Source of the DNA: Winogradskyella sp. | GTDB lineage: Bacteria > Fidelibacterota > Marinisomatia > Marinisomatales > AB-629-J13 | NCBI GenBank assembly: GCA_964230865.1 | Contig: CAXRJK010000110.1 | Span: 391 to 64,390, forward strand | Direction of reading: 5' to 3' | Length of the DNA stretch: 64,000 nucleotides | In this document: positions 37,519-48,357 of the stretch, piece after piece | Layout: every line of letters begins with the position of its first letter | How positions within the stretch are numbered: position 1 is the stretch's first letter | Notes under the pieces: generated by a model | What the model saw: the letters and a program-made list of their open reading frames with translations, nothing else | What the model was told of the DNA's origin: nothing | Databases searched by the model: none | Position numbers and translations under genes: made by a program

Positions 37519-38867
37519 AAAAATCACTATTATTTTTATTGACCTTAAATTTAATCTATGGACAAAGTATCAATGCTAGTTTAACAATGTATAAAAATGG
37601 TATTACTATGGTAAGGCAGCCTGTTTTTTGGAATACTTCTGAACGAGAAAGTCAAATAAGCTATTCATTGGTCCCAAATCAATTATATCCGGAAACGCCT
37701 TTCCTCTCATTGGGAGGGAACAAAAAAATTATATCACAACGGCTTAATAATAATATATTTTCCAGCGAGAAATATTTTATATCTAATCTTGGGAGTATTG
37801 TAGAAATTTATCTTAAAAATGGAAAGTCTGTCGATGGAACATTAGTTGAGTTTAATAGTAAATCGGTCACTATTCAGGGTAGGTCATGGATAAAAATGAT
37901 TCCACGAGATGAGCTGGCAATGGTTTCGGTAAAGGATAAGGTGAAGGATGTTCAATTCAGGCCCAAACTAGAGTGGGGTATTAAAGGCGCTACCTCTGAA
38001 TTTATAAGAGGTAGCCTTTTGTATATGACAGGAGGAATAACTTGGAAAGCAGTTTATAGGCTGATTACAAGTTCAAATGGAGAATCAGCGCGGCTTGTTT
38101 CAGAGGCTCTGGTTTCAAACGACACTGATTTAGATTTTGTAGATTCTCAGTTAAAACTAGTAGAAGGAGATCTAAATAAAGCGTCTGTACAACGTCCGGT
38201 TAAATATGCATCACATTTGGTGCAAGGCATGAGAGTTCAGGAGGAGTCTATTAATAACAATGTTGGAGAAGTTCCCCTAGGAGACTATTATGTTTATCCC
38301 ATTGCAGATAATATTTCTTTGACTCAAGGTGAGATGATGACACTAACTCTGTATCCTGAAAGGGATATATCATTTAGAAGAACATACATATTTGAAAACC
38401 GTGAAAGGCAGAAAAAAGAGGAACCACTAGAAGTGGAAATAGAAATCGCAAATACAGAGGAGAATAATTTATCTATCCCATTACCAGCTGGAAGAGTAGA
38501 AATATATTTAAACACTCCAAAGGGAAATGTGGAGTTTATTGGAGAGGATAATATTAGACAAACCCCGAAAGGCGAAAAAGCTAAAATCATAGCTGGAAGA
38601 GCTTTTGATGTTATTGGAAAACGAAAGGTTGTAGATTATGACAGGCAAAGGAAAAGTGAGGAAGCATCCATTGAAATTGAAGTAAAGAATAAAAAAAGAG
38701 AAGCAATAGAAGTAAAAATAATTGAGCACATCAATGGTGACTGGGTTATAAAAAATACAAACAAACAATACATTAAAGAGGATGTGGGGACTATTTATTT
38801 TCCAATATCAATTCCTGCTGATGATTCAGAAATTATACTTTACACTTACAAGAAAGAATGGAAATAA
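37515..38867 (+). CDS. Secreted DUF4139-like protein (TIGR02231/mucoidy-inhibitor-A-like family)
   Basis: Signal peptide MKKSLLFLLTLNLIYGQ. The block GGITWKAVYRL...ALVSNDTDLDFVDSQLKLVEGDLN resembles the DUF4139 core. The start (TTG) overlaps the valS stop by 4 nt. Confidence 0.5.
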   Translation: MKKSLLFLLTLNLIYGQSINASLTMYKNGITMVRQPVFWNTSERESQISYSLVPNQLYPETPFLSLGGNKKIISQRLNNNIFSSEKYFISNLGSIVEIYLKNGKSVDGTLVEFNSKSVTIQGRSWIKMIPRDELAMVSVKDKVKDVQFRPKLEWGIKGATSEFIRGSLLYMTGGITWKAVYRLITSSNGESARLVSEALVSNDTDLDFVDSQLKLVEGDLNKASVQRPVKYASHLVQGMRVQEESINNNVGEVPLGDYYVYPIADNISLTQGEMMTLTLYPERDISFRRTYIFENRERQKKEEPLEVEIEIANTEENNLSIPLPAGRVEIYLNTPKGNVEFIGEDNIRQTPKGEKAKIIAGRAFDVIGKRKVVDYDRQRKSEEASIEIEVKNKKREAIEVKIIEHINGDWVIKNTNKQYIKEDVGTIYFPISIPADDSEIILYTYKKEWK

Positions 38868-38963
38868 TTATGGATTAAAAGACTCTGAGATCTATATAGG
38901 TTTTCTAAAATTAATCCGATACTTTCAAAGATTTCATCAACGTAAATTTGGAGAGACAGCTGT

Positions 38964-41045
38964 ATGAGTCAGTTAACACTTTCCTCTTCATTAACCTATA
39001 TCAAAGGTTTGGGCCCTGTTCGCACAAAAGTTTTATCTGAAATGGGTATACAAACAGTAGAAAACATGTTGTATTATTTCCCTCGTAGATACTTAGACCG
39101 CACGACAGTAAGTCAAATATGCCATTTAGAAAAAGATAGATACTGTACAGTAGTGGGTACTGTCCAGGAAACCACTATTAGAAATATGGGAAGAAAATCT
39201 TTGTTTGAGGCAACTCTATACGATAACACAGGGCAGGTTTCATTAGTATGGTTTCACGCAGTATCTCTAGTAAAAAAAATGTTAAAAAAGGGTGACCGAC
39301 TAGCGGTAACAGGAAAAGTAGGTTACTACAGAGGATTTCAAATGACTCATCCCGAGTGGGATAAACTCAACAGCAACGAAGACCCAATAAATACACAAGC
39401 CATTATTCCAATTTATCCGTTGACACAAGAGCTGAGGGAAACTGGATTAGATCACAGGAGATTGAGAAAGGTAATCTCAAATATATTGGATTCTATTTCT
39501 GTAATTGAAGATTATCTTCCGAAAACGGTGTTAAAAAATTATCAACTATCTCCGTTGTTTTATTCAATAAAAGAAATTCATTTTCCATCTAATGAATCTG
39601 GATTGAAAAATGCAATATATAGACTTAAATTTGATGAGCATTATTTTCTTCAGTTACTCATGGCAATGAGAAAAACATCATTTGAAGGAACTTCCTCTAA
39701 ACCTTTGGAGGAAAAAGGTAATAATATACGATCTGTATATGAGAACCTTGAATTTAGACTTACACTCTCGCAAAAAAAAGTTGTTGAGGAAATTCTGAGT
39801 GATATGGAACAATCTTCCACAATGAACCGGTTGCTACAGGGGGATGTTGGCTCGGGGAAGACTGTGGTGGCAGTTCTTGCTGCATGTGTTGCGGTAGACA
39901 GCGGGTCTCAGTGTGCTATTATGGCACCAACAGAAATATTGGCAGTCCAACACTTTGAATCATTTCAAAAATTCACAAAAACCTCTCCGCTATCCTGTGA
40001 ATTACTTATAGGTGACACACCTCAAAGAGAAAGAATTACTATTTTAAAGAAATTGAGTGAGAATAAAATAAATATTATTATTGGAACCCATGCTTTAATT
40101 CAGGAGGATGTATATTTTAATTCGCTTGGATTGGTCATTGTAGATGAGCAGCACCGGTTTGGTGTTGATCAAAGAAACAAACTCACCTCAAAAGGACCTA
40201 ACCCACATTTTTTAGCGATGACAGCTACTCCAATCCCTAGAACTCTTGCAATAACTTTTTATGGTGATATGGATTGTTCAATACTTAATGAATTGCCGAA
40301 ATATAGAATGCCAGTAATTACAAGAGTGGTTCAACCTGAAAGTCTGAATAAGGTTTACCAATATATGGGAACTGAAATGAAAAAAGGCAGACAGTGTATG
40401 ATTGTTTATCCTTTAGTAGAGAAAACTGAAAAATCTGACCTAAAAGCGGCTGAAGAAAACTTTAAAAAGCTATCAAAAGGTGTATTTTCGAACTTTTCTA
40501 TTGCACTTATTCATGGACGTATGAATAAGGAAGAAAAGTATAGGGTAATGGAAGAATTTTCAAATAATAAATTTCAGCTATTGGTATCAACAACGGTGAT
40601 AGAGGTTGGGATTGATGTGCCAAATGCTACAGTCATGGTTGTGGAACATGCAGAACAATTTGGATTAACGCAGCTCCACCAACTGAGAGGAAGAGTAGGA
40701 AGGGGAACTGAAAAGAGTGTATGTGTTCTGGTGCAAAGAAAATTTACCGATTCGGGTTTCAAGCGGCTAAAAATAATGGAAGAAACAAATGACGGATTTA
40801 AAATAGCTGACGAAGATTTATTGATGCGTGGTCCTGGTGCATTTTTTTCTTCAAAACAAAGTGGATTTATAAAATATAGAATAGCAGACCTTGTGAGAGA
40901 TAAAACCATCATTCAACGGGCGAGAAAAGCTGCTTTTGATCTCATTGAGAAAGACCCTCATCTTAGAAAAAAAGGTCATGATGGAATCCGAAAAAAGTTT
41001 ACAAAAGAATATCGGGATATGCTTATAGATTTAAAGCTTAATTGA
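38964..41045 (+). CDS. recG: ATP-dependent DNA helicase RecG
   Basis: N-terminal wedge/OB domain. Helicase motifs I (GDVGSGKT) and II (DEQHRFG) are present, followed by MTATPIPRT, QLHQLRGRVGRG and the TRG region. Confidence 0.9.
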   Translation: MSQLTLSSSLTYIKGLGPVRTKVLSEMGIQTVENMLYYFPRRYLDRTTVSQICHLEKDRYCTVVGTVQETTIRNMGRKSLFEATLYDNTGQVSLVWFHAVSLVKKMLKKGDRLAVTGKVGYYRGFQMTHPEWDKLNSNEDPINTQAIIPIYPLTQELRETGLDHRRLRKVISNILDSISVIEDYLPKTVLKNYQLSPLFYSIKEIHFPSNESGLKNAIYRLKFDEHYFLQLLMAMRKTSFEGTSSKPLEEKGNNIRSVYENLEFRLTLSQKKVVEEILSDMEQSSTMNRLLQGDVGSGKTVVAVLAACVAVDSGSQCAIMAPTEILAVQHFESFQKFTKTSPLSCELLIGDTPQRERITILKKLSENKINIIIGTHALIQEDVYFNSLGLVIVDEQHRFGVDQRNKLTSKGPNPHFLAMTATPIPRTLAITFYGDMDCSILNELPKYRMPVITRVVQPESLNKVYQYMGTEMKKGRQCMIVYPLVEKTEKSDLKAAEENFKKLSKGVFSNFSIALIHGRMNKEEKYRVMEEFSNNKFQLLVSTTVIEVGIDVPNATVMVVEHAEQFGLTQLHQLRGRVGRGTEKSVCVLVQRKFTDSGFKRLKIMEETNDGFKIADEDLLMRGPGAFFSSKQSGFIKYRIADLVRDKTIIQRARKAAFDLIEKDPHLRKKGHDGIRKKFTKEYRDMLIDLKLN

Positions 41046-41048
41046 GCT

Positions 41049-42296
41049 TTACTCATGTCGCAACGAAGCCACAGGGTCAAGAGTAGCAGCTCTCCAAGCC
41101 GGATAACTACCAAATCCAATACCGATAATTGAACATACAACCAATCCAATGAAAGCCCAATCTAATGGAATTACAGCGGGGATATCAAATAGAATTGAAA
41201 CTATGTTTCCCGCAGTGATTCCTAATATTATTCCAGTAATTCCACCAAACTCACTCAGAAAAACTGATTCCATTAAAAACTGCGTTAAAATATCCTGTTT
41301 TGTTGCACCAATTGCTTTACGAATACCTATCTCTTTTATTCTTTCTGTTACAGATACTAGCATGATATTCATTATTCCAATACCTGCAACAACAAGAGCG
41401 ATAATACTTATTGATAGTGCAAATAATTTTATTCCATCTGTAAATCCAGAGAATGTTTCAATCATTTCATCGCTTGTAATTATCTCAAAATCATTTTCTT
41501 CTCCGGGCCTTACCTTTCGTAAAGATCTCATAATTCCGATTGCTTCTTCTCTGGTCTTTTCATAATCATTCTCAGATGGGGATTCAATGTTTATACTTAA
41601 TGTGGTAAATTTATTTGAGAATTTTTGGAGATAATTTGTTATTGGAATAGCAATATAATTATCTTGGCTCCTCCCAAAAGCCTCTCCCTGCCTTTCAGCA
41701 ACACCTACTACATAATAGTTAAGACCCTCAATCTGTATTTTTTTTGAAATTGGATCCTCAAAAGGAAACAATCTATCAACAACATCCATACCAAGAATGC
41801 ACACATTACGAGAATATCTTATATCATCTGGGGCTAAATTTCTGCCATCACTAATATAGGTTTTAAATATTCTCAGACTTCCTTCATCTCCCCCAAAAAG
41901 CTCAACATTATTTTTTACTTTTTTATCTTTGTATTTTACATTTCTTACTGAACTGGCTTCACTCACGCTTATCAAAACTGGTAGTTTTGCACGGTCTTTC
42001 AATTTTTTATATTGGTCATAGTCTATATTTTTTCTATTCCTGTATTTTTTATCATCATGTCTAAAATGAATATCTGGATATTTTTGAATTACAAATGTAT
42101 TCGCTGCAAACACATTTAGTCCAGAGGCAACTGATGACTCAAGAGTTCTAATTGCGGTCATTACACCCACTACTGAAAACACACCGATACTTATACCAAG
42201 AAGTGTTAGAATAGAGCGAAGTTTGTTTTGCTGAATGGCATCAATTGCCATCCAAAAACTTTCTTTAAGAATGTTTTTTAGATTTCTAAAAAACAT
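41049..42296 (-). CDS. ABC transporter permease, FtsX/MacB-type (paralogue 2)
   Basis: N-terminal TM, a large periplasmic domain, and a C-terminal FtsX 3-TM bundle (ERIKEIGIRKAIGATK). Confidence 0.85.
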   Translation of the reverse strand: MFFRNLKNILKESFWMAIDAIQQNKLRSILTLLGISIGVFSVVGVMTAIRTLESSVASGLNVFAANTFVIQKYPDIHFRHDDKKYRNRKNIDYDQYKKLKDRAKLPVLISVSEASSVRNVKYKDKKVKNNVELFGGDEGSLRIFKTYISDGRNLAPDDIRYSRNVCILGMDVVDRLFPFEDPISKKIQIEGLNYYVVGVAERQGEAFGRSQDNYIAIPITNYLQKFSNKFTTLSINIESPSENDYEKTREEAIGIMRSLRKVRPGEENDFEIITSDEMIETFSGFTDGIKLFALSISIIALVVAGIGIMNIMLVSVTERIKEIGIRKAIGATKQDILTQFLMESVFLSEFGGITGIILGITAGNIVSILFDIPAVIPLDWAFIGLVVCSIIGIGFGSYPAWRAATLDPVASLRHE

Positions 42297-42298
42297 TC

Positions 42299-43510
42299 TT
42301 ACTCATACCTTAGAGAATCAATCGGATCAAGCTTAGAAGCCTTGTAAGCAGGGATAAACCCTGATACAACACCCACAAATATACTCATGACTATTGAAAA
42401 AATAGATAAACCCATAGGCAGCGTTGATGGAAAAATTTTATTAATAAATATACTCGCTATATATGCAATCATAAGCCCTACTAAACCCGCAACCAAGCAA
42501 ATTGTAACCGCTTCCATCAGAAACTGGCTCAGTATCATTCCATTGGTTGCACCTATTGCCTTTCTTACTCCAATTTCTTTTGTTCTCTCTTTCACAGTCA
42601 CAAACATAATATTCATTATTCCGATTCCGCCAACAATCAGAGATAAAAGAGTAATAAAAAACCCTGTGCCACCAATTGCAAATTTTAGTGTATTATATTG
42701 GGATTCGAAAGCTTTTGTCTGGTTGATTGAAAAGTCACTTTTCTCGCTTGGCTTTAGGCGTCGTAATTGTCTCATTATTCCTGAAATTTCATCTAGCCCT
42801 TCGCTGACTTTATCCTCAGGAACTTTAACACTTAAACGCATCCACCCTCTTTTTGAAAATATTCTATTAAACGCACCAAGAGGAAGTACTGCCTGTTTAT
42901 CAACACTAAAAAAACCTAAAAATTTCCCCTGCTTTTCTAGAACTCCAATCACCTTAAACTTTACATTGTCTATTTTAATATATTGACCAATTGGATTATC
43001 ACCTTCAAAAAACGCTTCTTTTATACCGTGTCCAATAATGGTAACTCTTGAGCCAGACCTGTCTTCACTTTCGGTAAAAAACCTTCCCTGTTCTATGTTC
43101 GTGCTTATGGTTTCCATATAATCTTCATTTGTTCCAAATATCTCTGTCTGCGTTTCCTTATCTTTATAAGCGAGCGAAGCACCACGCTGCATTACAGGAC
43201 TAACTGCAAGAGCATATTTTGAGCGTTGTCTTATTTTTTCAACATACTCTGAACGCAACCGAGGCCTGTTTTTTACCTCCCACCATTCCATATCACTAAA
43301 CCACTCATAACGGCTTATATGCAGTATATCTTTCCCAAGCCAAGACATACTGTTTTCAAATGAACGGTCCAATCCAGAAATTAATGTACCCATCAGTGTA
43401 ACAGAGAGAACCCCAATGACAATCCCTAATGCGGTTAAGATTGACCTAGTTTTGTTTGCGAATACAGAACCAATTGAAATTCTGAAATTTTCAAAAAATA
43501 AAGAAAACAC
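42299..43510 (-). CDS. ABC transporter permease, FtsX/MacB-type (paralogue 1)
   Basis: Same architecture as its paralogue (ERTKEIGVRKAIGATN). It is 2 nt from the downstream paralogue and overlaps the ATPase gene by 1 nt. Confidence 0.85.
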   Translation of the reverse strand: MFSLFFENFRISIGSVFANKTRSILTALGIVIGVLSVTLMGTLISGLDRSFENSMSWLGKDILHISRYEWFSDMEWWEVKNRPRLRSEYVEKIRQRSKYALAVSPVMQRGASLAYKDKETQTEIFGTNEDYMETISTNIEQGRFFTESEDRSGSRVTIIGHGIKEAFFEGDNPIGQYIKIDNVKFKVIGVLEKQGKFLGFFSVDKQAVLPLGAFNRIFSKRGWMRLSVKVPEDKVSEGLDEISGIMRQLRRLKPSEKSDFSINQTKAFESQYNTLKFAIGGTGFFITLLSLIVGGIGIMNIMFVTVKERTKEIGVRKAIGATNGMILSQFLMEAVTICLVAGLVGLMIAYIASIFINKIFPSTLPMGLSIFSIVMSIFVGVVSGFIPAYKASKLDPIDSLRYE

Positions 43511-44193
43511 TATTTTCTTTTTGTATCATCAGTAATTTTTCCATCAAAAAGACGGATTGTCCGCTTCGCGTGTTGTGCAATTACATCTTCATGCGTAACA
43601 AGTATAATTGTATTGCCCTGAGAATGTAAATCATCAAAAATCCCCATTATTTCATGTCCGCTCTTTGAATCAAGATTTCCGGTAGGTTCATCCGCAAGAA
43701 TGATTGATGGTTGATTAACACGAGCTCTAGCTATGGCGACTCTTTGGCGTTGCCCTCCTGATAGTTCGTTTGGCTTGTGATACATTCTGTCTTCTAGACC
43801 TACATCTTTCAATGCTTTTGATGCCAATTTAATTCTTTTTTCTTTCTTAATATTAGCATATACTAGAGGGATCTCAACATTTTGTAAAGCACTGACCTTT
43901 GGTAGAAGGTTAAAAGTCTGAAACACAAAACCAATTTTTCTATTTCTTATGGAAGCGAGCTGTGCGTCATCCATAATATGCACTTCCTCACCCTCAAACA
44001 TATAAATACCAGAAGAGGGGGTATCAAGACATCCTATCATATTCATCATGGTAGACTTCCCTGAACCAGAGGGGCCCATAATAGCCAGATATTCATTGCT
44101 GTTTATTGTTATATCCACTCCATCAAGCGCTCGTACCTCTTCACCACCTACATTATAAATTTTATATATATCATTAAGATTGATTAATGACAT
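43510..44193 (-). CDS. ABC transporter ATP-binding protein (MacB/LolD-like)
   Basis: Walker [10 protein letters not shown], signature [14 protein letters not shown], and Walker [12 protein letters not shown]. Confidence 0.9.
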   Translation of the reverse strand: MSLINLNDIYKIYNVGGEEVRALDGVDITINSNEYLAIMGPSGSGKSTMMNMIGCLDTPSSGIYMFEGEEVHIMDDAQLASIRNRKIGFVFQTFNLLPKVSALQNVEIPLVYANIKKEKRIKLASKALKDVGLEDRMYHKPNELSGGQRQRVAIARARVNQPSIILADEPTGNLDSKSGHEIMGIFDDLHSQGNTIILVTHEDVIAQHAKRTIRLFDGKITDDTKRK

Positions 44194-44234
44194 GATATGA
44201 TAGACTCGGCTTTAATTATTTTAAAAATATTAAT

Positions 44235-45479
44235 TTAATCAGAGTTTGATGATTCTTTATATTTGACCTTCACGCCGTGTTGCAGTTCTTTACTTAGTGC
44301 TCGATATCTACCAGTTACAATCAATTCATCTTCTATCAGCCCGGAAAGAACTGAATACTGATCTTCACTTGATAAACCAACATCAACGGGTCTGACCAAT
44401 GCGTACTTTTCTCCGCCTAATGCTTTTTCATCCTTAAAGTTGTCTACCAGAACAAAAACTACATCCAAGTTTTTCTTTATATTTGAATAACTTTCATATA
44501 CATCATTTTCATTCCATTTTTTATTATCATGCCTTAGTTCTTTATAATTTTCCGGCCTTGAGGTAAGCGCTTTGATTGGGATAGAAAGAGTATTTTTAAT
44601 TGTTTCAGTAATAATATTCACAGTACTACTCATTCCTGGTCTAATTCTTTTGGGTGGATCAAGAATCTTGACCTTTACTTTAAAATTTGTAACCTGCTCT
44701 TGAACGCCCATATTTAAAGACTGTGCGGTATGGGCAATTTCGCTTACCAAACCATAGAATACGGTGTCTGAAAAAGCATCAATCTCTATTTCAGTAGTGT
44801 CGCCAACATCAATGTTGATAACATCATTTTCATTGACATTAACTAATACTTCCATTTGACTGAGGTCGGCGATAGTCATAAGGACCATAGGGTTAAACAT
44901 TCCACCAACTGCCATTTCTCCTTTTTCTTTAGTTAGGCTTGTTACGATTCCATATTTTGGAGCAGTTAAACGGGTTTTCGATAGTTCGTCTTCCGCTCTT
45001 AATAGGCTTGCTTCCGCTTGATCAGACTGACTCAAAGCAATTTCATAACTAGTTTCAGCTTGTTCCAATTCCTGCTTAGAAATTAATTTTTGTGAGTACA
45101 AAGCTTTAGTTCTATTAAGAAGTGATTCTACTTTACGTAAATTAGCTGATGCAGATTTTACTTGAGAAAGAGCCTGATTATAAACTGGTCTATACTGTTT
45201 TTCATCAATGCTTATAAGGTGCTGTCCCGATTTTACTGTGTCACCTTCGTTTACCGTTATTTCAGTAATCCACCCCGTTATTGTTGATGTTATCTGAACC
45301 TCTTCTTCGGGCTGAATTTTTCCACTAGCGTTAACTTTATGTATAATTGTTGTTCGTTTTACTTTTTCAGTTTCAACGCTGATTGTGTCATCCTTTGAAC
45401 GATTAAAATACCATATCATTCCAAAAACCATTATTAATAATGGTATCCACACCTTTTTTTTCTTAATAATAGAAAGCAT
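44235..45479 (-). CDS. Periplasmic adaptor (HlyD/MacA membrane-fusion protein)
   Basis: N-terminal TM anchor, lipoyl-like halves, an alpha-hairpin (LSQVKSASANL...AEASLLRAEDEL) and beta-barrel domains. Confidence 0.85.
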   Translation of the reverse strand: MLSIIKKKKVWIPLLIMVFGMIWYFNRSKDDTISVETEKVKRTTIIHKVNASGKIQPEEEVQITSTITGWITEITVNEGDTVKSGQHLISIDEKQYRPVYNQALSQVKSASANLRKVESLLNRTKALYSQKLISKQELEQAETSYEIALSQSDQAEASLLRAEDELSKTRLTAPKYGIVTSLTKEKGEMAVGGMFNPMVLMTIADLSQMEVLVNVNENDVINIDVGDTTEIEIDAFSDTVFYGLVSEIAHTAQSLNMGVQEQVTNFKVKVKILDPPKRIRPGMSSTVNIITETIKNTLSIPIKALTSRPENYKELRHDNKKWNENDVYESYSNIKKNLDVVFVLVDNFKDEKALGGEKYALVRPVDVGLSSEDQYSVLSGLIEDELIVTGRYRALSKELQHGVKVKYKESSNSD

Positions 45480-45487
45480 ATTTCCCT

Positions 45488-46831
45488 TTAGTTTATACCA
45501 AAATCCGGAGTGAGTTCACCAGTTAATGATTGAAGTGAAGCCAAATAGATCCAAAAATCATATTTCAAGTTAACCCATCCAGTTTTTGCTGAGTTTAATG
45601 ATACCTGTGCGTCAAGCACCTCCAAAATAGAAGCAGCACCTAGAGCATATCGCTCCTGAACAAGGCTTAAATCCTCTCGGGCAGATTCCACTACTTGTGA
45701 TTGAATTGGAAGAATTTCTATATGGTAATTTAAAATATCCAATAAGTCCAATGCCTGCACATCAAGATTTTCTTTTAAGGTAGTATAATCTTCTGTACTC
45801 TGATGCCACTCTATTCTTTTTTGTTCAATCTGGGTAGATATACCGTTTCCCATATAAATTGGAATAGAAAGAGATAAATTAACGCCTAAATTCCAATCGT
45901 TTTTCAAATTGTTAACCCAATCCCCGTAAGTCTCTCCAACAGCTGAATAATCTAGCCCTGCGCTTATAGAGGGCATCCTTATTCCTTTTGCTATTAAATA
46001 GTTTAGCTTTGCAGCTTTGGTTCGATTTTTATTACTTAAAACAGATGGATTATTTTCTTCAATTGCTTTTACAACTACTTCTTCTTTGGGCAATATGTAA
46101 GTGAAAATATCATGGGTAAAGTCTGTAAACTCTTCACCAGAGTCTGATATCCCCATTGCATTAAAGAGATTCCTTCTTTTATTTCGTAGACTTTGGTTAG
46201 ATCTGAGAATTTCTGATTGTGCCTGTCCCTGGATAACTTTCCCTTTTAACAGGTCAGTTTTTTTTACTGCTCCAATATCAAATTGGGTTTTCACTAGTTC
46301 CAATTGGTTTTCTGAAAGGGAGAGATTCTGGATAGCGACGTCTCTTAACTCTTTTGCCTTAAGGAATTCAAAATAACTGATAATCACATTTTGAATTAAC
46401 TTTAGCTTTGCAGTGCTATAGTTTAAGTTTGAATTTTCAAAAAGTATTTTTGCCTGTCGTATTTGATTTAGTGACTGACTTCCATCATATAGTTTCTGTG
46501 TGATTGAAATTCCAGTGGATAGATAACGAGAGTTATTGAATGATGAGGTATCCATTTTGAGTTCATTATAATCCAGAATAAACGACTCTCTTTCAGGAAA
46601 GTAAGTTCGATTCACTCTGCCTGTAAATCCAATTGAAGGTAGTACGCGGCTGTAGGAGTTTTTTAAGGATTGTTCTGCTATAGATACCCCTGACATAGTA
46701 GATCTCAAAGTGCTTTTATTCTTTAATCCCCTATAAATGCACTCTTTTAGTGACAACTCTTGTGGAAATAAAAATGAAAGAAAAGCAATATTTAAACAAA
46801 TTATTTTCATGGAATAATCATTAAGCTTCAT
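45488..46831 (-). CDS. TolC-family outer-membrane efflux protein
   Basis: Signal peptide and two OEP-type repeats with long helical segments. It is the first gene of the efflux operon. Confidence 0.8.
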   Translation of the reverse strand: MKLNDYSMKIICLNIAFLSFLFPQELSLKECIYRGLKNKSTLRSTMSGVSIAEQSLKNSYSRVLPSIGFTGRVNRTYFPERESFILDYNELKMDTSSFNNSRYLSTGISITQKLYDGSQSLNQIRQAKILFENSNLNYSTAKLKLIQNVIISYFEFLKAKELRDVAIQNLSLSENQLELVKTQFDIGAVKKTDLLKGKVIQGQAQSEILRSNQSLRNKRRNLFNAMGISDSGEEFTDFTHDIFTYILPKEEVVVKAIEENNPSVLSNKNRTKAAKLNYLIAKGIRMPSISAGLDYSAVGETYGDWVNNLKNDWNLGVNLSLSIPIYMGNGISTQIEQKRIEWHQSTEDYTTLKENLDVQALDLLDILNYHIEILPIQSQVVESAREDLSLVQERYALGAASILEVLDAQVSLNSAKTGWVNLKYDFWIYLASLQSLTGELTPDFGIN

Positions 46832-46941
46832 TTTATCTTAGGGATGAAAGAAAAGTTCCTATTTTTATATGATCTATAAACGATTAGAACTTTTTTATAA
46901 AATATAGGTCAACTATAAAATATATTGTTTACTTAACTTCA

Positions 46942-48357
46942 TCAAACAAGAGAGTCTCTATTTTGCAATATAAATGCCTTAGCGTCATCATAACTGTTTT
47001 CAATTTCACCATTTAATATTGCTTCTTCAATTGCAGTTTTAATAGCACCCACCTTTTCTCCAGGAGTGATTCCAAATATTTTCATTATTTCATCACCTCT
47101 AACCGGCGACTGAAATGATTTCATTTCATCTAACTCTTGCACATTCTCCATTCGTTTTTCTACACGTTCAAAATTACGCATGTATTTTTTTACAAGCTTT
47201 GGGTTTTTGGTGGTGATATCTGCGCGACAAAGGGTCATAAGTTCATGTATATCTTCCCCTGCTGCAACCATAAGCCTCCTGACTGCTGAATCAGTCACTC
47301 CTTCTTTTGCCAAGGAAATAGGTCTTAGGTGAAGAGCTGTCAATTTCTGTAAATAAACACTCAAGTCATTGGATAATTTCATTCGTCTTGCAATTTTCCG
47401 AACAATTTTTGAGCCAATAAAATCATGTCCATAAAATGTGTATCCCTTTTTATCATGAATTCGCCGGGTATTTGGTTTAGCAATATCATGAACCAAAGCT
47501 GCAAAACGCACTCTTGTTTTTTTGGTTAATTTTGCAGCGTTATCTACTACTTGTAGGGTGTGAGAAAAAATGTCTTTATGATGCCATTCGCTGGTTTGCT
47601 CAAGTCCAAACATAGCATCAATCTCAGGAAATACATATTTCATTAATCCGGTTTTCTGAAGGAGATTAAGTCCTATGGATGGTTTGTGACAGGAAAGTAT
47701 TTTCAAAAACTCTGCAGTAATTCTTTCCCAAGATACAATCCTGATACGGTCGGACTTAAAAACCATAGAGTCCCTTGTTTTTAAATCCACCTTCATATTC
47801 AGTTTTGCAGAAAAATAAGCAGCTCTCATCATTCTAAGTGGATCATCAGAAAAAGTTTTTTCCGGGTCAAGGGGGGTTACCAATCTCTTTGCCTGTAAAT
47901 CTGCAATTCCTCCAAAAGGATCAGTCAGCTCACCAAATCGCTTTGGATGTAAGTCAACTGCCATCGCATTAATAGTAAAATCTCTTCTCAATAAATCGCC
48001 TTTCAGGTCTGTATATTTAATTTCATTGGGTTTTCGTGAATTTTCTGAATAAGACTCTGTTCGGGCTGAGGCGACCTCCAGAGGAATCTTTTTGAAGGGG
48101 ATCCTAGCTGTGGAAAATCGGTGAAAAGGGACAATTGTTTTTACATTCAATTCGTCAGCTAATTTACGAGCAAACTTTATCCCATCACCTACAACCATGA
48201 AGTCAATTTCGGCTATATCCCTACCCAAAAATAAATCCCTAACGTATCCTCCTACTACATACACCTCTATATCTTGGGAAGCACCCAATTCCCCAGCTAG
48301 GCGCAACACTTTTAATACACTTTGTTTATCTTCTATTAATTGACTTATGTTTGACAT
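46942..48357 (-). CDS. cca: CCA-adding tRNA nucleotidyltransferase / poly(A) polymerase family with HD domain
   Basis: Nucleotidyltransferase head (VVGGYVRD...DF), RRDFTINAM, and HD domain (HTLQV...LVHDIAKP). Confidence 0.8.
   Translation of the reverse strand: MSNISQLIEDKQSVLKVLRLAGELGASQDIEVYVVGGYVRDLFLGRDIAEIDFMVVGDGIKFARKLADELNVKTIVPFHRFSTARIPFKKIPLEVASARTESYSENSRKPNEIKYTDLKGDLLRRDFTINAMAVDLHPKRFGELTDPFGGIADLQAKRLVTPLDPEKTFSDDPLRMMRAAYFSAKLNMKVDLKTRDSMVFKSDRIRIVSWERITAEFLKILSCHKPSIGLNLLQKTGLMKYVFPEIDAMFGLEQTSEWHHKDIFSHTLQVVDNAAKLTKKTRVRFAALVHDIAKPNTRRIHDKKGYTFYGHDFIGSKIVRKIARRMKLSNDLSVYLQKLTALHLRPISLAKEGVTDSAVRRLMVAAGEDIHELMTLCRADITTKNPKLVKKYMRNFERVEKRMENVQELDEMKSFQSPVRGDEIMKIFGITPGEKVGAIKTAIEEAILNGEIENSYDDAKAFILQNRDSLV

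Noticed and set aside
38782-38967. 61-aa plus-strand ORF bridging the DUF4139-like gene and recG.
   Set aside because: It overlaps the 3' end of a better-supported gene in another frame and runs through the recG promoter region. Nothing in the sequence supports coding.
41149-42986. Long plus-strand ORFs (138 aa at 41149..41565 and 199 aa at 42387..42986) antisense to the two FtsX permease genes.
   Set aside because: These are shadow ORFs opposite genuine, motif-bearing genes. Their translations are I/P/S/T-rich low-complexity strings. No start context or homology-like motif is visible.
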